64,000 nt of DNA from an uncultured delta proteobacterium (GTDB lineage Bacteria; Desulfobacterota; Desulfomonilia; Desulfomonilales; Desulfomonilaceae), in assembly GCA_963789265.1 (NCBI GenBank), contig CAWBKB010000001.1, forward strand, positions 1,248,001-1,312,000. The letters run 5' to 3'. The position numbers and the translations under genes were made by a program. Positions 60,601 through 64,000 of this stretch are shown here, one piece after another. The notes under the pieces are model-generated. The model had not been told where the DNA came from. It ran no database searches and worked only from the letters and a program-made list of their open reading frames with translations. Each line of letters starts with the position of its first letter. Within the stretch, counting starts at the first letter, position 1.

Positions 60601-61057
60601 AGGTGCAGAAGATCCCCCGCACAAGTGAATGGTTTCGGCCGCTCCGAGAATTTGCTTGACTGTGTTGTTAACTGATGGTAGTTTTCTGACTCATCGGCAA
60701 TACACTTTAACATGAGTAAAGAAATCGTGTAGTACGTCGATGTCCGTCGGCGCTTCATAGGCGCGGCACAAACGATCTGGCAGGCCATGACGTGTCGAAT
60801 TCAAGACATGGCTACCGCCGGATGCGGACAAGGTGGTCCTACCCGCTGCCGGCCCGAGTGGGAGAAGTGTCTATCCTTCTCATACCTTAGTACAGAATTT
60901 CATAATTACGGTGCCAATTGCACGGTAGCGCCGGCGTCCCTGCCGGCGTTTCGCGAAAACTGGCATAGAGGCCGGTCCTACTGGATTCCCGCGTGCGCGG
61001 GAATGACGGCTACGGCACCAGAATACGAGACCGTATTTGCGAAAAGGAGTACTTAGT

Positions 61058-61777
61058 GTGTCTCAACGAATCATGAGCAAAGAGATTCCATCAATACAGG
61101 ACAGGCGCAAAAAGCTCATTCAAGGGAGGCGCGAAAGGGAGAGATCTCAGAGGATTCAGAGCATTCTTGACGCGGCGAAAAAGAACTTCTTTTCAAAAGG
61201 ATACATCAAGGCAACGATGGATGAAATCGCCCTCGAAGCCGAGATCAGCAAGCCTACCATATATACTTACTTCAAGACCAAGGATGACCTCTTTTTTTCC
61301 TTGATTCTCCCTGTGGTGGAAGACATCGGAACGCAACTGGCACAAATTGAAAGCGCTCTCGCAGAAAACCGATACAAAAGCGGCGGATCTTTGATCCGTA
61401 ATCTGTTCGAGAAACTCTTCCAAACGTATGAGAAAGAACCGGTAACTTTTGGAATCGTACAGCTTTTCCAACAAACCGGACTCGTGTGGGAACTCAATGA
61501 CGAGATTCAGTCGGCCCTGAATAACAAGGGTCGCCGTAACTTCGAAACCATGAGGAGGATACTCAGGTCCGCCATCAAGCAAGGGCTGTTAAGAAAGTCG
61601 AACGTCTATCAGCTAGGGGATGTGATTTGGGGCACATTTGTGGGAATCGTTCAACTTGAAGCTATCAAATCTCAGCACAGGGATGCAAATACATTCCTGA
61701 AGCCGGCATTGAGGCTGGCTCAAAGGATTCTTCTAGACGGGACGGCGCCGACCAGGGGGGCTGGAGGAAGTGGATAA
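61058..61777 (+). CDS. TetR/AcrR family regulator
   Basis: ILDAA..F..KGY..ATMDEIA..AEISKPTIYTYFKTKDDL; RBS AAGGAG before GTG 61058. Confidence 0.92.
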   Translation: MSQRIMSKEIPSIQDRRKKLIQGRRERERSQRIQSILDAAKKNFFSKGYIKATMDEIALEAEISKPTIYTYFKTKDDLFFSLILPVVEDIGTQLAQIESALAENRYKSGGSLIRNLFEKLFQTYEKEPVTFGIVQLFQQTGLVWELNDEIQSALNNKGRRNFETMRRILRSAIKQGLLRKSNVYQLGDVIWGTFVGIVQLEAIKSQHRDANTFLKPALRLAQRILLDGTAPTRGAGGSG

Positions 61778-61937
61778 CGGCAGATTACAGCGCCCATGAT
61801 TCGAGGCATTGGCCACTGCACATGACCAGGGAACAAGCTCACGAACGCACGAGCGTCACTTTCGATCCCGAACACTCAGACGAAAGAATTTCGCTCGCAT
61901 AAGCCCGATAGGACCCTAATGGGCAGGAGGAAACGAG

Positions 61938-62825
61938 ATGGCTTACGAGACGATTCTGTACGAAAAGCGAGACCGGATCGGAACGATAACTCTAAACCGT
62001 CCGGAAAAATTCAACACTATCAGGCCGCCTATGCCCGACGAAATTGAGCATGCGTTGGCCGCGGCAAATGCCGATCGAGAAGTGCGTGTCATCATATTGC
62101 AAGGTGCGGGCAAAGCGTTTTGCGCGGGGTTCGACTTCTCGGAAAACCTGGACCATTTCTCCGGATGGGGATTGCCTTCCGGCTCTGGGCAATGGGATCC
62201 TGGTGAAGACATGATGGTTGTTACGAGCCCCTTCAGGGGCCCGGTACCGAAGTTGATGAGCATCTGGCGAAGTCCAAAGCCTGTCATCGCCCGAGTGCAC
62301 GGCTGGTGCGTGGGCGGGGGGTCAGATATGGCGCTGCTGGCCGACGTCATAATCTCTTCCGAGGACGCCCGATTCGGAACGCCATATTCCAGGGTGTGGG
62401 GTTGTTATCTTACCGGAATGTGGATCTACCGGTTGGGGCTCACGCGGGTGAAATTGCTCGCACTCACGGGCGATTCCATAGACGGAAAAGAAGCGGAAGC
62501 CATAGGGCTGATCAATCGGGCGGTGCCGGCACGGAAACTTGACGAGGAAGTCATGTATTGGGCGCAAAGAATGGCCCAATGTCCGGCTTCACAGCTTGCG
62601 GCAATGAAGCTGGCGATTAACCAGGCTTTCGAAAACATGGGCCTGCACAGCACGCAACTTCTTGGCTGCATTTTGGATGGGTATATGCGCAACACTCCGG
62701 AGGGCCTGGACTTCGTGAAGACGGCGATGGAAAAAGGTGTCGGAGAGGCAATAGAGCAGCGTGACGGACCTTTCGGTGATTACAGTCAAGCCCCGGCTTC
62801 CCGGAAACCGCATGGCGTTCCTTGA
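61938..62825 (+). CDS. Crotonase/enoyl-CoA hydratase family protein
   Basis: ITLNRPEK, AFCAGFD, PKPVIARVHGWCVGGG. Confidence 0.92.
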   Translation: MAYETILYEKRDRIGTITLNRPEKFNTIRPPMPDEIEHALAAANADREVRVIILQGAGKAFCAGFDFSENLDHFSGWGLPSGSGQWDPGEDMMVVTSPFRGPVPKLMSIWRSPKPVIARVHGWCVGGGSDMALLADVIISSEDARFGTPYSRVWGCYLTGMWIYRLGLTRVKLLALTGDSIDGKEAEAIGLINRAVPARKLDEEVMYWAQRMAQCPASQLAAMKLAINQAFENMGLHSTQLLGCILDGYMRNTPEGLDFVKTAMEKGVGEAIEQRDGPFGDYSQAPASRKPHGVP

Positions 62826-62977
62826 ACTGCCGCCGTGAAAAGGCACCTTAACAGAAAAGGAGACGATACGGCTCGGCTGATACGACCACCGGTCTATTGA
62901 GAAGCATGCACGGGCGCTCGCTGTCCGGGTTTTTTCCCTCTCAAACCGTTGGTCTCAATGTGGTAGGGAGATCAGGC

Positions 62978-63772
62978 ATGTTGTTGCGTGGCAAAGTAGT
63001 CTTGATAACCGGGGCCGCCCGAGGCATAGGGCGAGTGGCAGCGCTGGTCATGGCGGATGAAGGCGCGGACGTGGCGGTTGCAGACATTTCGCCCGCGGTT
63101 GAAGCCACCGCGGAAGAAGTGAAACAACGGGGAACACGTTCAGCCGCGGCTGTCTTCAACATTGCAGATCCTTCTCAGGTGCACGAAGGTGTCGAGAAGA
63201 TCGTGCAGGAATTGGGCGACGTCAACATCCTCGTAAACAACGCGGGGATCGTCAACAACATTGCACGGATGACCAAGATGACTCATGAGGCGTGGAGTCG
63301 AGAGATATCGGTCAACCTCTCGGGGGCATTCAATATGATCAAAGAAGTCATCGGGCAGATGGTTGAACGCAAATGGGGGAGGATTGTCAACATATCTTCC
63401 CTGGCCGCGATCAGGGGGCTCGACAGGCAGGTGGCCTACGCAGCGAGCAAGGCCGGCCTGCTTGGTCTCACCAAGACCGTGGCTCTGGAACACGCCAGAG
63501 ATGGAATCACCTGCAACGCCATCCTTCCAGGACTGATCGAGACGGAAATGGTCCGGCAGATGCCCGAGGAAATCAGAAACGCTGGAATCTCAAGGATACC
63601 GACTCAGAGAATGGGTTCGATGGAGGAAGTGGGCCATCTCATCACATTCCTTGCATCTGATCGTGCTGCCTACATCAATGGAGAAGAGATTTGCATCGAC
63701 GGAGGACTCAGACTCAACGTGACGACCTTGGGAAGCCGCAAGGAAGTCGCAGGGGGTACCCACGCCGGATGA
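62978..63772 (+). CDS. FabG-like SDR oxidoreductase
   Basis: TGAARGIG, NNAG, NISS, YAASK. Confidence 0.92.
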   Translation: MLLRGKVVLITGAARGIGRVAALVMADEGADVAVADISPAVEATAEEVKQRGTRSAAAVFNIADPSQVHEGVEKIVQELGDVNILVNNAGIVNNIARMTKMTHEAWSREISVNLSGAFNMIKEVIGQMVERKWGRIVNISSLAAIRGLDRQVAYAASKAGLLGLTKTVALEHARDGITCNAILPGLIETEMVRQMPEEIRNAGISRIPTQRMGSMEEVGHLITFLASDRAAYINGEEICIDGGLRLNVTTLGSRKEVAGGTHAG

Positions 63773-63820
63773 CTCGCGCTTGAGACCTCACTGAATTTCT
63801 CTCCATGGAGACCACCTGAA

Positions 63821-64000
63821 ATGGCACAACATAGTCGATCAGGAATACCGCTAAAGCCGGTCTATACTCCCGAAGACGTTATCAATCTCGATTATCGGCG
63901 ACAACTCGGCGCTCCCGGTGAGTTCCCATTCACACGCGGGAGGCTGCGTGAGCGGAGAGGCGGATGGATTCAACGGCAGCTTTCCGGCGAAGGTGACCCT
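63821..64000 (+). CDS. AdoCbl-dependent acyl-CoA mutase large subunit (5' part; runs off window)
   Basis: Manual translation: SRSGIPLKPVYTPED...LGAPGEFPFTRG...WIQRQLSG. Confidence 0.88.
   Translation, partial: MAQHSRSGIPLKPVYTPEDVINLDYRRQLGAPGEFPFTRGRLRERRGGWIQRQLSGEGDP

Overview
64 kb of chromosomal DNA from an anaerobic deltaproteobacterium; a Desulfomonile-like organism is my inference from gene content, not a database result. There are no rRNA, tRNA, CRISPR or transposase genes. Main blocks: (1) PPIase and a PAS kinase/receiver/sigma54-activator module (0.8-8.3 kb). (2) Class I benzoyl-CoA reductase ATPase subunits (BzdP/BzdQ-like) plus ferredoxin, without the catalytic subunits (10.5-12.7 kb). 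(3) An exported protease triad: TPR-CHAT, then an S41/PDZ protease with both catalytic residues replaced and fused to about 13 Sel1 repeats, then a second TPR-CHAT (19.3-29.5 kb). (4) ecfT, queF, an O-antigen-ligase-like gene, toxin-antitoxin genes and a LIV-type ABC set (30-39.6 kb). (5) A co-oriented 18-kb catabolic cluster headed by a sigma54 activator (42.3-60 kb). Its core matches the family composition of anaerobic phloroglucinol degradation (SDR, cyclase, cupin, 3-hydroxyacyl-CoA-dehydrogenase family, BKACE), extended by an acetylene-hydratase-like Mo/W enzyme, an asymmetric bicupin, a corrinoid/methyltransferase pair and two uptake systems. (6) TetR, crotonase, SDR and a B12 acyl-CoA mutase with Leu at the specificity position (61-64 kb). 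Intergenic DNA carries many REP-like palindromes and two copies of a ~180-bp MITE inserted into other hairpins with target duplications. About nine genes have single-base frameshifts, almost all in short homopolymers, most likely long-read consensus errors.
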